Origin: an uncultured Chloroflexia bacterium
Lineage (GTDB): Bacteria; Chloroflexota; Limnocylindria; Limnocylindrales; CSP1-4
DNA length: 64,000 nucleotides
Direction: 5' to 3'
Assembly: GCA_963757765.1 (NCBI GenBank)
Contig: CAVWSL010000015.1
Span: 658,922 to 722,921, forward strand
Position 1 is the first letter of the stretch; each line of letters opens with the position of its first letter. Both the position numbers and the translations under genes were made by a program. Below the pieces are notes generated by a model, which searched no databases, was not told the DNA's origin, and was given only the letters and a program-made list of their open reading frames with translations. This document shows, piece by piece, positions 1-8,915 of the stretch.

Positions 1-1211
1 CGCGGTGGAGCGAGCCGTGTCGGTGTTCGGCACGGATGGCGACTGGGCGCGCGTCTATCGGCGCCACGGCCGGCCGTGGCGCCTGGGCGAACCGGTGCGT
101 CTGGTCGCGCTGGCCCGGACCCTGCGGATCATCGCCGCCGACGGACCTGCGGTGCTGTACACCGGGGCGCTCGCACGGCGAGCAGCCGCCTACCTCGAGG
201 GTGCCGGATCGACCTGTCCGCCTCCCCGACCTCTCGGCCCATCGATCGGACTGGGGCACCCCCATCGGCACCACGTATCGGGGGCTCACGTCCATCAGCC
301 ACCCGCCCAACAGCTGCGGCGTGGTGGCCCTCGAGACGCTGGCCATCCTCGATCACCTCCAGCCACCGCCTGCGTCCGACTTCGATGGCCTCGGGGTCGC
401 TGATGCGGGCTGGGTGCACCTGGGACTGGAGGCTTCCCGGCTGGCCCTCGCGGATCGGGACCGCTGGCTGACGGACCTCGACGCGATGGAGTCGGGCTCG
501 CCCGACCGGTTCCTCGACCGCGACCGGGCCAGGGTCCTGGCTGCATCCATCGACCCCGACCGTATCGGGACGCTGGGGCCCTCCACCATGCCCGGCGGCG
601 GAGGCACGGTCTACCTGTGTGCCGCTGACCGTGATGGCGGCGCGGTCAGCCTCATCGAGTCGAACTACGCCGGGTTCGGCTCCGGTCTCGTCGATCCCGC
701 GACCGGCGTCAGCTACCAGAACCGGGGTGCGTTCTTCCGGCTGGACGCCGGACACGCCAACGCATTGGCGCCCCGGAGACGGACCCTCCACACGCTCACG
801 CCGGGGATGCTGCTGCGTGATGGACGGCCGTGGATCATCCACGGGTCGATGGGCGGCGAGATCCAGCCCCAGGTGTTCGCGCAGGTCGTCTCGGCGATCG
901 TCGACGGCGGGGTCGACATCGCCACGGCCGTTGGCGCCCCGCGGTGGGCTGCGGACGTGCCACGACACCTTGGCCCGCCGTCACTGACCGTGCTCGAGTC
1001 GCGCTATCGGCCCGAGGTCGTGGCCGGTCTTCGGGATCGCGGCCATGACCTGCGGCTCATCGACCCCTGGTCATCGTCGATGGGCCATGCCCACGCCATC
1101 GAGCTCGTCCGGGACGTCGGAGCGGGGGGCCCGGCATCGGCAGACGGCTCGACACTGACGTTCGCGGCGACGACCGATCCACGCTCGGAGGGCCTGCCGG
1201 GCGCCTGGTAG
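1..1211 (+). CDS. ggt: gamma-glutamyltranspeptidase (Ntn-hydrolase), 5' end outside the window; reading frame switches from frame 2 to frame 3 at a CCCC run near 224-227 (frameshift or indel error)
   Basis: Frame 2 (5..403) reads the GGT-like stretch LARTLRIIAADGPAVLYTG...AYLEGAGS. Frame 3 (36..1211) continues with TTYRGLTSISHPPNSCGV and the GGT nucleophile region GTVYLCAADRDGGAVSLIESNYAGFGSG. The two frames join at cctcccc (221-227). Confidence 0.8.
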   Translation, partial: RWSEPCRCSARMATGRASIGATAGRGAWANRCVWSRWPGPCGSSPPTDLRCCTPGRSHGEQPPTSRVPDRPVRLPDLSAHRSDWGTPIGTTYRGLTSISHPPNSCGVVALETLAILDHLQPPPASDFDGLGVADAGWVHLGLEASRLALADRDRWLTDLDAMESGSPDRFLDRDRARVLAASIDPDRIGTLGPSTMPGGGGTVYLCAADRDGGAVSLIESNYAGFGSGLVDPATGVSYQNRGAFFRLDAGHANALAPRRRTLHTLTPGMLLRDGRPWIIHGSMGGEIQPQVFAQVVSAIVDGGVDIATAVGAPRWAADVPRHLGPPSLTVLESRYRPEVVAGLRDRGHDLRLIDPWSSSMGHAHAIELVRDVGAGGPASADGSTLTFAATTDPRSEGLPGAW

Positions 1212-1350
1212 CCGGTATACTCCACCCGGCCGGTCGCGCCGCGCTCACGACCTCCGCGGCTGGCCCATCGTCGGTGAAGCGCCTTCCAGTCCGCGCGCAG
1301 CGGCCGACGACCCGCCGATCCTCCGCCCTGTCCCATCCGGAGACCCTGCG

Positions 1351-1644
1351 TTGAGCTCCAACATCAGCCAGAGCTACCCCGCCGGCAGCGAGACCGAAAC
1401 ACAGCGAGCGGCTGCTGTGGAACGCGCGTTCGGCGCCTTCGATGGGCTGCGCGACAAGGTCGCCGCGGAGACCTCGCCACTCGGCGAGGTCCAGGACGCG
1501 GACCACGGCGCGCCGGCGCGCTGGTGGATCTGGGTCTGTCCCAAGGGGGACTTCACGGGCCGTCTGCACGTGGCCGGCTATGCCCTGGAGCGACATGGCC
1601 TATACGCGGTCTGCGACACGCACGGGGACACGTACCTCCGATAG
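1351..1644 (+). CDS. hypothetical small protein (97 aa), TTG start
   Basis: Intact ORF in the gap between ggt and the convergent M20 peptidase gene, with a weak GGAG upstream. No recognisable domain. Confidence 0.3.
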   Translation: MSSNISQSYPAGSETETQRAAAVERAFGAFDGLRDKVAAETSPLGEVQDADHGAPARWWIWVCPKGDFTGRLHVAGYALERHGLYAVCDTHGDTYLR

Positions 1645-1742
1645 GTCGCTCCGTGGATGGCGCCGTTCGATGCGCTCGGCGCACATCTCGCATGGACGCG
1701 CCGCGTCGGTCGTCCTTCGGGCGCGCGGGTACGGACGAGTCC

Positions 1743-2957
1743 TCAGGACCGGGCGCGGCGCTCCGCTGACCACCCGGCAACGACCGGGTCGCGCCCGAGC
1801 GCAAGGATGAGACCGGCGAGCAACGCGGTCCGGGGCACGATGGAGTCGACCTCGAGGTATTCGGCGGGCGAGTGGTCGCTGCCACCGATGGGCCCCAGCC
1901 CATCGATCGACGGCACGCCCATCCCAGCCGTGGTGTTCGCATCCGAGGCGCCGCCGGTGGCCGCATCCCGGAGCTCGAAACCAAGGCCCGCGGCTACCGC
2001 CACCGCGTGGTCGACGAGCCGCCCGGACCGCTCCAGCTTCTCCATGGGCCAGAAGCGACCCATGATGCTCACCTCGCACGTGGTGTCGGGGACCGTGGTC
2101 GACGCCGCGATGTCCCTGACCGCCGCCTCGGCGTGCTCGAGGGTTGCGCGCCGGACCGAGCGCAGGTCCACCTGGACGATCGTCTCGGCGGCGACCACGT
2201 TCGGGCGAGTGCCCCCGCGGACCACCCCGGCATTGACCGTGACGCCCGGCCACCGGCCGTTGAGGGCGTGCAGCGCGACGATCTTGTGGGCCGCCTCCAG
2301 GATGGCGCTGCGTCCCTTCTCGGGTTCGACGCCGGCGTGTGCCGCGCGCCCGGTGATCCGAAGCTCCAAGTCCGCGATGCCCTTGCGGGAGCTCACGATG
2401 TCCCCGTTGGCGCGCGCCCCTTCCATGACGAGCGCCACGTCCACGGTCGCGGCATGCGCCCGGATGACCGGCGTGCTGACGGGGGATCCGATCTCCTCGT
2501 CGGGGTTGGCCACGAAGACGATGCGACCGAAGGGCAGCGGACCGAACGCCTTGAGGATCCTGAGTGCGTACAGCCCGGCGAGGAGACCGCCCTTCATGTC
2601 CGACACCCCCGGCCCCGTGGCGATGCCGTCGCTGATCCGGAACGGTCGCTCGGCCACCGTGCCGGGGTCGAACACCGTGTCGATGTGACCGATCATCAGT
2701 AACGCCGCTCCCTCGGCTTCGCCCAGGACCCCCACCACGGTATCCCCATGATCGGCGTTCGGAACGACCTCCACCAGGGCGCCGAGGCCCCGGAACGTCT
2801 CCGCGACCCATCGCCCGACCTCGTCGACGCCAGGCTTTGTGTACGACCCGCAGTCGATGTCCACGAGGCGCTGGAGATCCGCGAGGAACGCCGGCAGCTG
2901 CGCGGTCATGAGCCTGGTGAGCCGATCGAGGTCGGCGGGATCGACGTGCTGGGCCAT
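1743..2957 (-). CDS. M20 family metallopeptidase (carboxypeptidase G2 / ArgE / DapE-like)
   Basis: Motifs HIDTVF, GVSDMKGG, NPDEEIGS and the dimerisation-domain pattern are typical of M20 peptidases. Start taken at the internal MAQHVDPADL; the upstream part of the ORF is low-complexity. Confidence 0.85.
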   Translation of the reverse strand: MAQHVDPADLDRLTRLMTAQLPAFLADLQRLVDIDCGSYTKPGVDEVGRWVAETFRGLGALVEVVPNADHGDTVVGVLGEAEGAALLMIGHIDTVFDPGTVAERPFRISDGIATGPGVSDMKGGLLAGLYALRILKAFGPLPFGRIVFVANPDEEIGSPVSTPVIRAHAATVDVALVMEGARANGDIVSSRKGIADLELRITGRAAHAGVEPEKGRSAILEAAHKIVALHALNGRWPGVTVNAGVVRGGTRPNVVAAETIVQVDLRSVRRATLEHAEAAVRDIAASTTVPDTTCEVSIMGRFWPMEKLERSGRLVDHAVAVAAGLGFELRDAATGGASDANTTAGMGVPSIDGLGPIGGSDHSPAEYLEVDSIVPRTALLAGLILALGRDPVVAGWSAERRARS

Positions 2958-2967
2958 GATCCCGAGT

Positions 2968-4242
2968 CTAGACGTCGGACGACCCGAACATGGCCGCCGC
3001 TGCGATACCTGATCGGACCGCGCCCTCCACGCATGGCTGCACCAGCCAGTCGCCCGCGAAGACGATCGGCGGACGCTGCTGGATCTGCCGGATGCGTGCG
3101 TGGTACCCGACACCGACTCGCGGCACCGCGTGACGCCACCTCACGATGTGCACGATCTCCGCCGATGCCAGCGGGAAGAGCCGCCCATCGATCCGCGAGC
3201 CGGCCTCCCAGAGCTCGGCCGCGAGGTCTTCATCGGAGAGGTCGAGCAAGCGGCCGCTCGAGGCCGCGGGGGCGCAGAGCAGTGCCCACTCCCAGCCGAC
3301 CGGGACACGGCCCCACGAACCGTCCCCTCCGGAACCGAGCTCGACCGTGGCGACGGTCTCATTCGGGAATGCGTGGATGCCGGAGCGCGGTAGGCCGATG
3401 CCCCGTCGGGCCAGATAGAGGCGGACATGCGGCGCGTACTCGATGTCCGCCACCGCCGTCGGGAGCGCTTCCCGGGCCACGATGCGCGCGGCGACCGGTG
3501 CCGGGACGGCGACGATGGCGCCGTCATACGACTCCTCGACGCCATCCACTATGATCTGCGCGCCTCCAGCCAGCGGCGCGACTCGTTCCACGGTCGCGCC
3601 AGCGCGAACACCCAGTCGCTCGCCGAGGTGCCGCCACGGGCTGTCCATGCCACCGTCCACGGTGTAGAACGTGCCGACCGACAGCGCCCGCATCCATGAG
3701 CGGACCAGGGCGGCAGACAGCTCCTGGAGGCGCGAGAAGAACGGCCCCTCGAACGATGGCCGGACCACCCACTGGGTCGCCGCGGCTCCGGCAGCGCGAA
3801 GGGCGTCCTCCGCGCTCTGCGCATCGTCGCGCTGGTCGATCCGGAGGTTGCCCGGTCGGGTCAGGAACAACCGAGCCATCCAGGTGAGGAATCGCAGCTG
3901 GTCCCCAGGGGACAGCAGGTCGGTGGTCAGGATCCGCCGCACCGAGTTGGGATTGGGGTGCAGTCGACCCTCCACGAGCAGGTCGCCGCCCCCTCGCAGA
4001 TGGAGGACCTGGAGGCGATCCCGAAGGCCGAGGTCCTGCAGCAGCTCGAGCGTGTCGGGGTAGAACGAGCCGAGCCAGCCCGCGCCATCATCGCTCCAGT
4101 GGCCCGGGCCGAAGTGCTGGGTGTGGGTCCGTCCGCCGGCCTCGGGCCCCGATTCCAGCACGATGGGCTCGTGGCCCGCTGCACGGAGTCGATAGGCGGC
4201 CGTGAGGCCCGCGGGGCCCGCTCCGACGACAGCGATGCGCAC
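2968..4242 (-). CDS. FAD-dependent oxidoreductase (protoporphyrinogen oxidase / amine oxidase-like)
   Basis: N-terminal Rossmann dinucleotide motif MRIAVVGAGPAGLTAAYRL...VLESGPEAGGR at ~420 aa. Lies directly upstream of the M20 gene, so probably an operon. Confidence 0.8.
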   Translation of the reverse strand: MRIAVVGAGPAGLTAAYRLRAAGHEPIVLESGPEAGGRTHTQHFGPGHWSDDGAGWLGSFYPDTLELLQDLGLRDRLQVLHLRGGGDLLVEGRLHPNPNSVRRILTTDLLSPGDQLRFLTWMARLFLTRPGNLRIDQRDDAQSAEDALRAAGAAATQWVVRPSFEGPFFSRLQELSAALVRSWMRALSVGTFYTVDGGMDSPWRHLGERLGVRAGATVERVAPLAGGAQIIVDGVEESYDGAIVAVPAPVAARIVAREALPTAVADIEYAPHVRLYLARRGIGLPRSGIHAFPNETVATVELGSGGDGSWGRVPVGWEWALLCAPAASSGRLLDLSDEDLAAELWEAGSRIDGRLFPLASAEIVHIVRWRHAVPRVGVGYHARIRQIQQRPPIVFAGDWLVQPCVEGAVRSGIAAAAMFGSSDV

Positions 4243-4298
4243 GACCGGCAGCGTACCAGACGCGTCGGTGGCGGCCTCGGCCCGCTATCCTCGCCGCC

Positions 4299-6056
4299 GT
4301 GCGACTCGTCGAGATCAGACTCCTGGACGGCCCCAACGTGTACCGGCTCGAGCCGACCGTGAAGGTCGAGGTCGCGGTCGGCCGTCGCCGGACGTGGTTC
4401 GGCCAGCGACTGCCCGGGACCCACGCGAGGGTCCGCCTGGGAGCGTCGGTCCCGCGGAGCGCAGCGCCCCGGTCCGTGGCGGACCTCGCCGGATGGATCA
4501 GGTCGCTCCACCGACTCTCGGACGCCGACGCCTGGCTGGTCGACGAGGGACGCGCCACATCCCGGTCACGTGCCCGGATGCCGGTGCACATCCATCGCAC
4601 GTCGGAACCGGGTGTCTGGGTCGTCGCCTACCCGTGGCGCGAGGATGGCCGCGCACGGGTGATCGCGGAGGCCGCCCTGCGTCTCGTGGAGCTGGACCTG
4701 GATCCGCATGCGACCCGACCCGCCACCCGACGGACCGCTGGCCGCCGCGGCCGATCCCGGACGCTCGCCCGCGCGCTCCGCACCATCGGTGACGCAGGTA
4801 CCGGACATCCGGCCTGGATCCACGATCCGGAACGGCGGATCCCCGCCATCAGCATCAGTGGCACGAACGGCAAGACGACGACGACCAGGATGATCGGCCA
4901 CGTCCTGCGCCAGGGCGGCCGGCACGTGGGCATGACGACCTCCGACGGGGTCCTGTTCGACGACCGGATGGGCGAATCGGGTGACCTCACCGGCCCGTAT
5001 GGGGCGCGCCTGGTGCTCGCCGACCCTGGGGTGGACGTGGCCGTGCTCGAGACCGCGCGTGGCGGCATGATGCTCCGTGGGGTCGGCTACGAGTCGAACG
5101 ATGCCTCGGTCATCACCAACATCAGCTCCGACCACATGGACCTGTACGGTATCCATACCCTGCCGGAGTTGGCCGAAGTCAAGTCGGTCATCAGCCGGAT
5201 CACGCGGCCGAAAGGCGTCGTGGTGCTCAACGCGGACGACCCGCTCGTGGTAGCCATGGCGCGTCATGTCGGGGCCCCCGTGTGGTGGTTCTCGATGCTC
5301 CCTCGATCCGAGCGTGTCCGACGCCACCTGGCGCGCGGCGGTCGCGCCTTTGTCATCGATGACGGACTCCTGGTCGAGTGCGAAGGCAAGGAACGCCGGC
5401 TGTTGGTCGCGGTCACGGATATCCCCGCGACGCTCCACGGCCTCGCACGCCACAACGTCGCGAACGCCCTGGCCGCCGCTGCCGGCGCACGCGCGATGGG
5501 CGCCACGCTCGCGGAGGTCGGTGCCGGGCTCCGCGACTTCGGCACCACCGGCGGCCAGCGCAACGGCCGACTGGATCTGTATCGCCGGGACGCGACCGTC
5601 GTCATCGTCGACTTCGCCCACAACGAGGCGGGGGTCCGCGCCGTCCTCGATGTCGCCCAGGGACTCATCGGCGACCGCGCCGCACGCGCCGGTCAGCGGG
5701 CACTGACCATCGTCGTGGGCACCGCCGGCGACCGACCCGACGACACCCTGCGGGGCATAGCACGCATCTCGGCGGAGCTCGCCGATCGGGTGGTCATCAA
5801 GGAGACGCTCGACTACCTGCGGGGACGGACCCGGGAGTCGATCGTGGGCGAGCTGCGCGCGGGCATCACGGCCGGTGGCGGAGTCGGTCGCCACGCCGTC
5901 CTGTACCACGATGAGCCATCCGCTGTCCGGGGTGAGCTCGACGACGCGGGACTGCTGGCACCGGACAGCCTGCCGGGTGCGCTCGTGGTCATGTGTCACG
6001 AGGATCGGGCCGGCGTCGTCACCGCGCTCCGGGAGCGCGGCTTCGAGCCAGCCTGA
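4299..6056 (+). CDS. cyanophycin synthetase-like protein with CphA N-domain fused directly to a Mur-ligase (M) domain; the ATP-grasp (G) domain is absent
   Basis: N-terminus MRLVEIRLLDGPNVY parallels the CphA N-domain of the neighbouring gene (LRVLETRVLRGPNVW). From residue ~175 onward (ISISGTNGKTTTTRMIGHVLRQGG...TSDHMDLYGIHT...NADDP...HNVANALAAAA) it aligns with the M-domain of the adjacent 939-aa CphA. No ATP-grasp segment lies between the two domains. Confidence 0.8.
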   Translation: MRLVEIRLLDGPNVYRLEPTVKVEVAVGRRRTWFGQRLPGTHARVRLGASVPRSAAPRSVADLAGWIRSLHRLSDADAWLVDEGRATSRSRARMPVHIHRTSEPGVWVVAYPWREDGRARVIAEAALRLVELDLDPHATRPATRRTAGRRGRSRTLARALRTIGDAGTGHPAWIHDPERRIPAISISGTNGKTTTTRMIGHVLRQGGRHVGMTTSDGVLFDDRMGESGDLTGPYGARLVLADPGVDVAVLETARGGMMLRGVGYESNDASVITNISSDHMDLYGIHTLPELAEVKSVISRITRPKGVVVLNADDPLVVAMARHVGAPVWWFSMLPRSERVRRHLARGGRAFVIDDGLLVECEGKERRLLVAVTDIPATLHGLARHNVANALAAAAGARAMGATLAEVGAGLRDFGTTGGQRNGRLDLYRRDATVVIVDFAHNEAGVRAVLDVAQGLIGDRAARAGQRALTIVVGTAGDRPDDTLRGIARISAELADRVVIKETLDYLRGRTRESIVGELRAGITAGGGVGRHAVLYHDEPSAVRGELDDAGLLAPDSLPGALVVMCHEDRAGVVTALRERGFEPA

Positions 6057-6063
6057 GCGACGC

Positions 6064-8883
6064 TCAGCCCTCCGGGACGGACAACTCCCCGGGCGCCGTG
6101 ATCGCGATGCCGGCTCCCCGGTCGTAGGCCATGGCCGCTCGGTAGACCTGGGTCGAATCGTCCGCGCAGATGACCACCAGGTCGCCCGGATGCGCCCGCC
6201 GCATGCCCGCCTCGGCCGCCTCAAGCTCATCGAGGACGGCGACCGCCCGGGCACAGCGCGCTCCGGCCGCCCGTGCCTCGTGGATGCCCTCAAGCACGTT
6301 CGCGGCACTCTCGCCCGGCTTTCGGCCGCGGAGGTTCTTGTCCTCGCGGACGTAGATCTCGTCGAAGGAGGCCGCTGCCAGGGCGCCATATCCCAGCTGG
6401 TCCTCGTCTCGCCGGTCACCCGGGATGCCGATGATGCCGATCGCCCGCCCGTGCCGCTCGCCCGGGTTCGCCACCTGGCCCGACTTGGCGTCGCGACGTC
6501 CACGTCTGCCGGCGCCGGTCATGGTCAGGTCCACGAACTCGCCCAGGCGGCGCATGCCATCGACGTTGTGGCAATAGTCGATGATGACCTTGAAGCCACG
6601 GACATCCACCTCGTTGAGGCGGCCGGGCGCCTGGAAGAACGAGGTGCTGAACGTCCGCAGCCCCTGCCGGATGTCGTGGAGATGCGCGCCGGTGGCCCAG
6701 GCAGCGGCGGCGGCGGCCAACGCGTTGGCCACATTCATGCGGGCCCGCCCATCGAGCGTGGCCGGGATGAGGTGGGAGTGGATGAGGGGCATCGTCCGGG
6801 GGCCCTGCCGGAGTGCCAGCAGCTCCCCGTCGTCGGTCTCGAGGATGACCATCGCGGCACCACCGCGACCGCAGTGGCCATCGACCCGGTCGAACCCCTC
6901 CTCCCCCTTGCGTGTCTGCATCGAGAAGTAGATGACCCGGCCATCGGACTGGCGCGCCATCCGGGCCACGAGCGGGTCGTCCGCGTTGAGCACCGCGGTG
7001 CCGTTGCGGGGCACGGCGTCCACGAGGACGCTCTTCACGGCCGCCAGCTGAGCGACCGTGTCGATGCCGTGGAGGCCCAGGTGGTCGCCGGTCACGTTGG
7101 TGACCACGGCGACATCATTCCGGTCGTAGCCCAGGCCCTCACGCAGCAGGCCACCACGGGCGACCTCGAACACCGCGGTGTCGACGAGCGGGTTCTGGAG
7201 GACGGTCCGGGCCGATCGGGGACCGCTCATGTCGCCTTTGCGGGTGAGGCGGCCGTCGATGACGATGCCGTCGGTCGTGGTCATGCCCACCCGGCGACCC
7301 ATGAGCTTGAGGATGTGGGCGATCATCCGGACCGTGGTCGTCTTGCCGTTGGTGCCCGTCACGCCGATGATCGGGATGCGCGCGTTGGAGCCAGCCGGGA
7401 ATAGCAGGTCGATCACCGGCTTGGCCACGTACTGCGGCTCGCCCTCGGTGGGATGGGTGTGCATCCGGAAACCTGGCGCGGCGTTGACCTCCACGATCGC
7501 ACCGCCCTGCTCGCGGATGGGCACGCCGATGTCGGGCACGACCATGTCGATGCCCGCGATGTCGAGTCCGACGACCTGTGCCGCGGTCTCCGCGATCTCG
7601 ATGTTCTCGGGGTGCGTCTCCATCGTCCGGTCGATGGCTGTGCCGCCAGTGGACATGTTGCCCGTGAGCGCGAGCTGGACACGGGTGCCCGCGTCGGGCA
7701 CCGAATCGGGCGTGTAACCCTGCTTCGCGATGAGCTCCAGGGCGGCGTCTTCGAGCCGGATGCGGGTGAGCACCTTCTCATGGCCGAAGCCGCGCCGCGG
7801 ATCGGCGTTCTCGAGGTCGACCAACTCGCGCACCGTGTGGGTTCCGTCCGCATCGACGCCGGCCGGCATACGTTCCGCGATGGCGACCATCCGGCCCCCG
7901 ATGATGAGCGCCCGATGGTCGGCGCCATGGACGTAGGTCTCGACCACGACGTCACCACCGCGGCTCTCGCGGAGGGCGATGGGGAACGCCTTGCGGACAT
8001 CCTCCTCGGAGCGCAGATCGAGACAGACGCCTCGGCCGTGATTGCCGTCGAGCGGCTTGACCACCACGGGATAGCCGATAGACCGCGCGGCGGCCACCGC
8101 ATCCTCATCGGTGTCCACGGTCTCCGAACGCGGCACCGGCAGGCCGGCCGCAGCCAGCAGCTGGTTCGTGAGCGCCTTGTCGGACGCGATGTCGACGGCG
8201 ATGGCCGACGTCTGGGACGTCATCGTCGCCCGGATGCGCTGCTGGTACTTTCCCTGCCCGAGCTGCACCAGGCTGTGGCGATCGAGCCGGATCCAGGGGA
8301 TGTCCCGCGACACCGCCTCATCGATGATGGCCTGCGTCGAGGGGCCGAAGGCGGACCGCTCCGCGATCCGGATGAGGCGCTCCAAGGCGGCCGGCAGGTC
8401 GAGATATGTCCCCGGATCGTCGGGCGCGACGAGGAAGTTGACGAGCGCCACCGCGATGCGGCCGGCCTCGAGCCCGACCTGCTCCTCGCGGTACTCGTAG
8501 ATGACCTCGTAGTGTCCGGTGCTGCCCGAGGAGCGCGTCTTGCCGATGCGCACCTCCGTCCCCGCGAGGCACTGGAGCTCGAGCGCGATGTGCTCCGCGA
8601 CGTGGCCCATCCAGGTGCCATCGGCGAGGCGGCTGAAGAACCCACCCCGCCGACCCAGCGAGCATGCGTGCTCCTCCATCGTCGGCAGCAGCTCGATGAG
8701 CGCCTCGTTGAAGCCCGGGATGGTGTTCGAGGGGTACTGCTCCAGGACGCCGAGGTCGACCGACATCCGGATGACTGGCTTTTTGACCCACACATTGGGA
8801 CCCCGGAGCACGCGGGTCTCGAGCACGCGCAGGGTCGGCACCAGCGGTGGCAGCGGCTCGACCGTCGGCTTGGGGTCCGGCAT
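6064..8883 (-). CDS. cphA: cyanophycin synthetase CphA, full length (N, ATP-grasp G and Mur-ligase M domains)
   Basis: 939 aa. N-domain at the start. ATP-grasp region: KALTNQLLAAAGLPVP...GYPVVVKPLDGNHGRGV. M-domain: IIGVTGTNGKTTTVRMIAHIL...TGDHLGLHGI...LNADDP. Sits directly downstream of cphB. Confidence 0.9.
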   Translation of the reverse strand: MPDPKPTVEPLPPLVPTLRVLETRVLRGPNVWVKKPVIRMSVDLGVLEQYPSNTIPGFNEALIELLPTMEEHACSLGRRGGFFSRLADGTWMGHVAEHIALELQCLAGTEVRIGKTRSSGSTGHYEVIYEYREEQVGLEAGRIAVALVNFLVAPDDPGTYLDLPAALERLIRIAERSAFGPSTQAIIDEAVSRDIPWIRLDRHSLVQLGQGKYQQRIRATMTSQTSAIAVDIASDKALTNQLLAAAGLPVPRSETVDTDEDAVAAARSIGYPVVVKPLDGNHGRGVCLDLRSEEDVRKAFPIALRESRGGDVVVETYVHGADHRALIIGGRMVAIAERMPAGVDADGTHTVRELVDLENADPRRGFGHEKVLTRIRLEDAALELIAKQGYTPDSVPDAGTRVQLALTGNMSTGGTAIDRTMETHPENIEIAETAAQVVGLDIAGIDMVVPDIGVPIREQGGAIVEVNAAPGFRMHTHPTEGEPQYVAKPVIDLLFPAGSNARIPIIGVTGTNGKTTTVRMIAHILKLMGRRVGMTTTDGIVIDGRLTRKGDMSGPRSARTVLQNPLVDTAVFEVARGGLLREGLGYDRNDVAVVTNVTGDHLGLHGIDTVAQLAAVKSVLVDAVPRNGTAVLNADDPLVARMARQSDGRVIYFSMQTRKGEEGFDRVDGHCGRGGAAMVILETDDGELLALRQGPRTMPLIHSHLIPATLDGRARMNVANALAAAAAAWATGAHLHDIRQGLRTFSTSFFQAPGRLNEVDVRGFKVIIDYCHNVDGMRRLGEFVDLTMTGAGRRGRRDAKSGQVANPGERHGRAIGIIGIPGDRRDEDQLGYGALAAASFDEIYVREDKNLRGRKPGESAANVLEGIHEARAAGARCARAVAVLDELEAAEAGMRRAHPGDLVVICADDSTQVYRAAMAYDRGAGIAITAPGELSVPEG

Positions 8884-8915
8884 CGATCCCTCCGTCGCGT
8901 GGTTGGGTGGCAGTG

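Noticed and set aside
129-968. 279-aa minus-strand ORF antisense to ggt
   Set aside because: Low-complexity sequence. The sense strand encodes clear GGT motifs.
1600-2811. 403-aa minus-strand ORF and 343-aa plus-strand ORF (1657-2688) overlapping the M20 peptidase gene
   Set aside because: Arg/Gly/Pro-rich low-complexity translations typical of off-frame or antisense ORFs in high-GC DNA. The M20 frame gives a coherent domain match.
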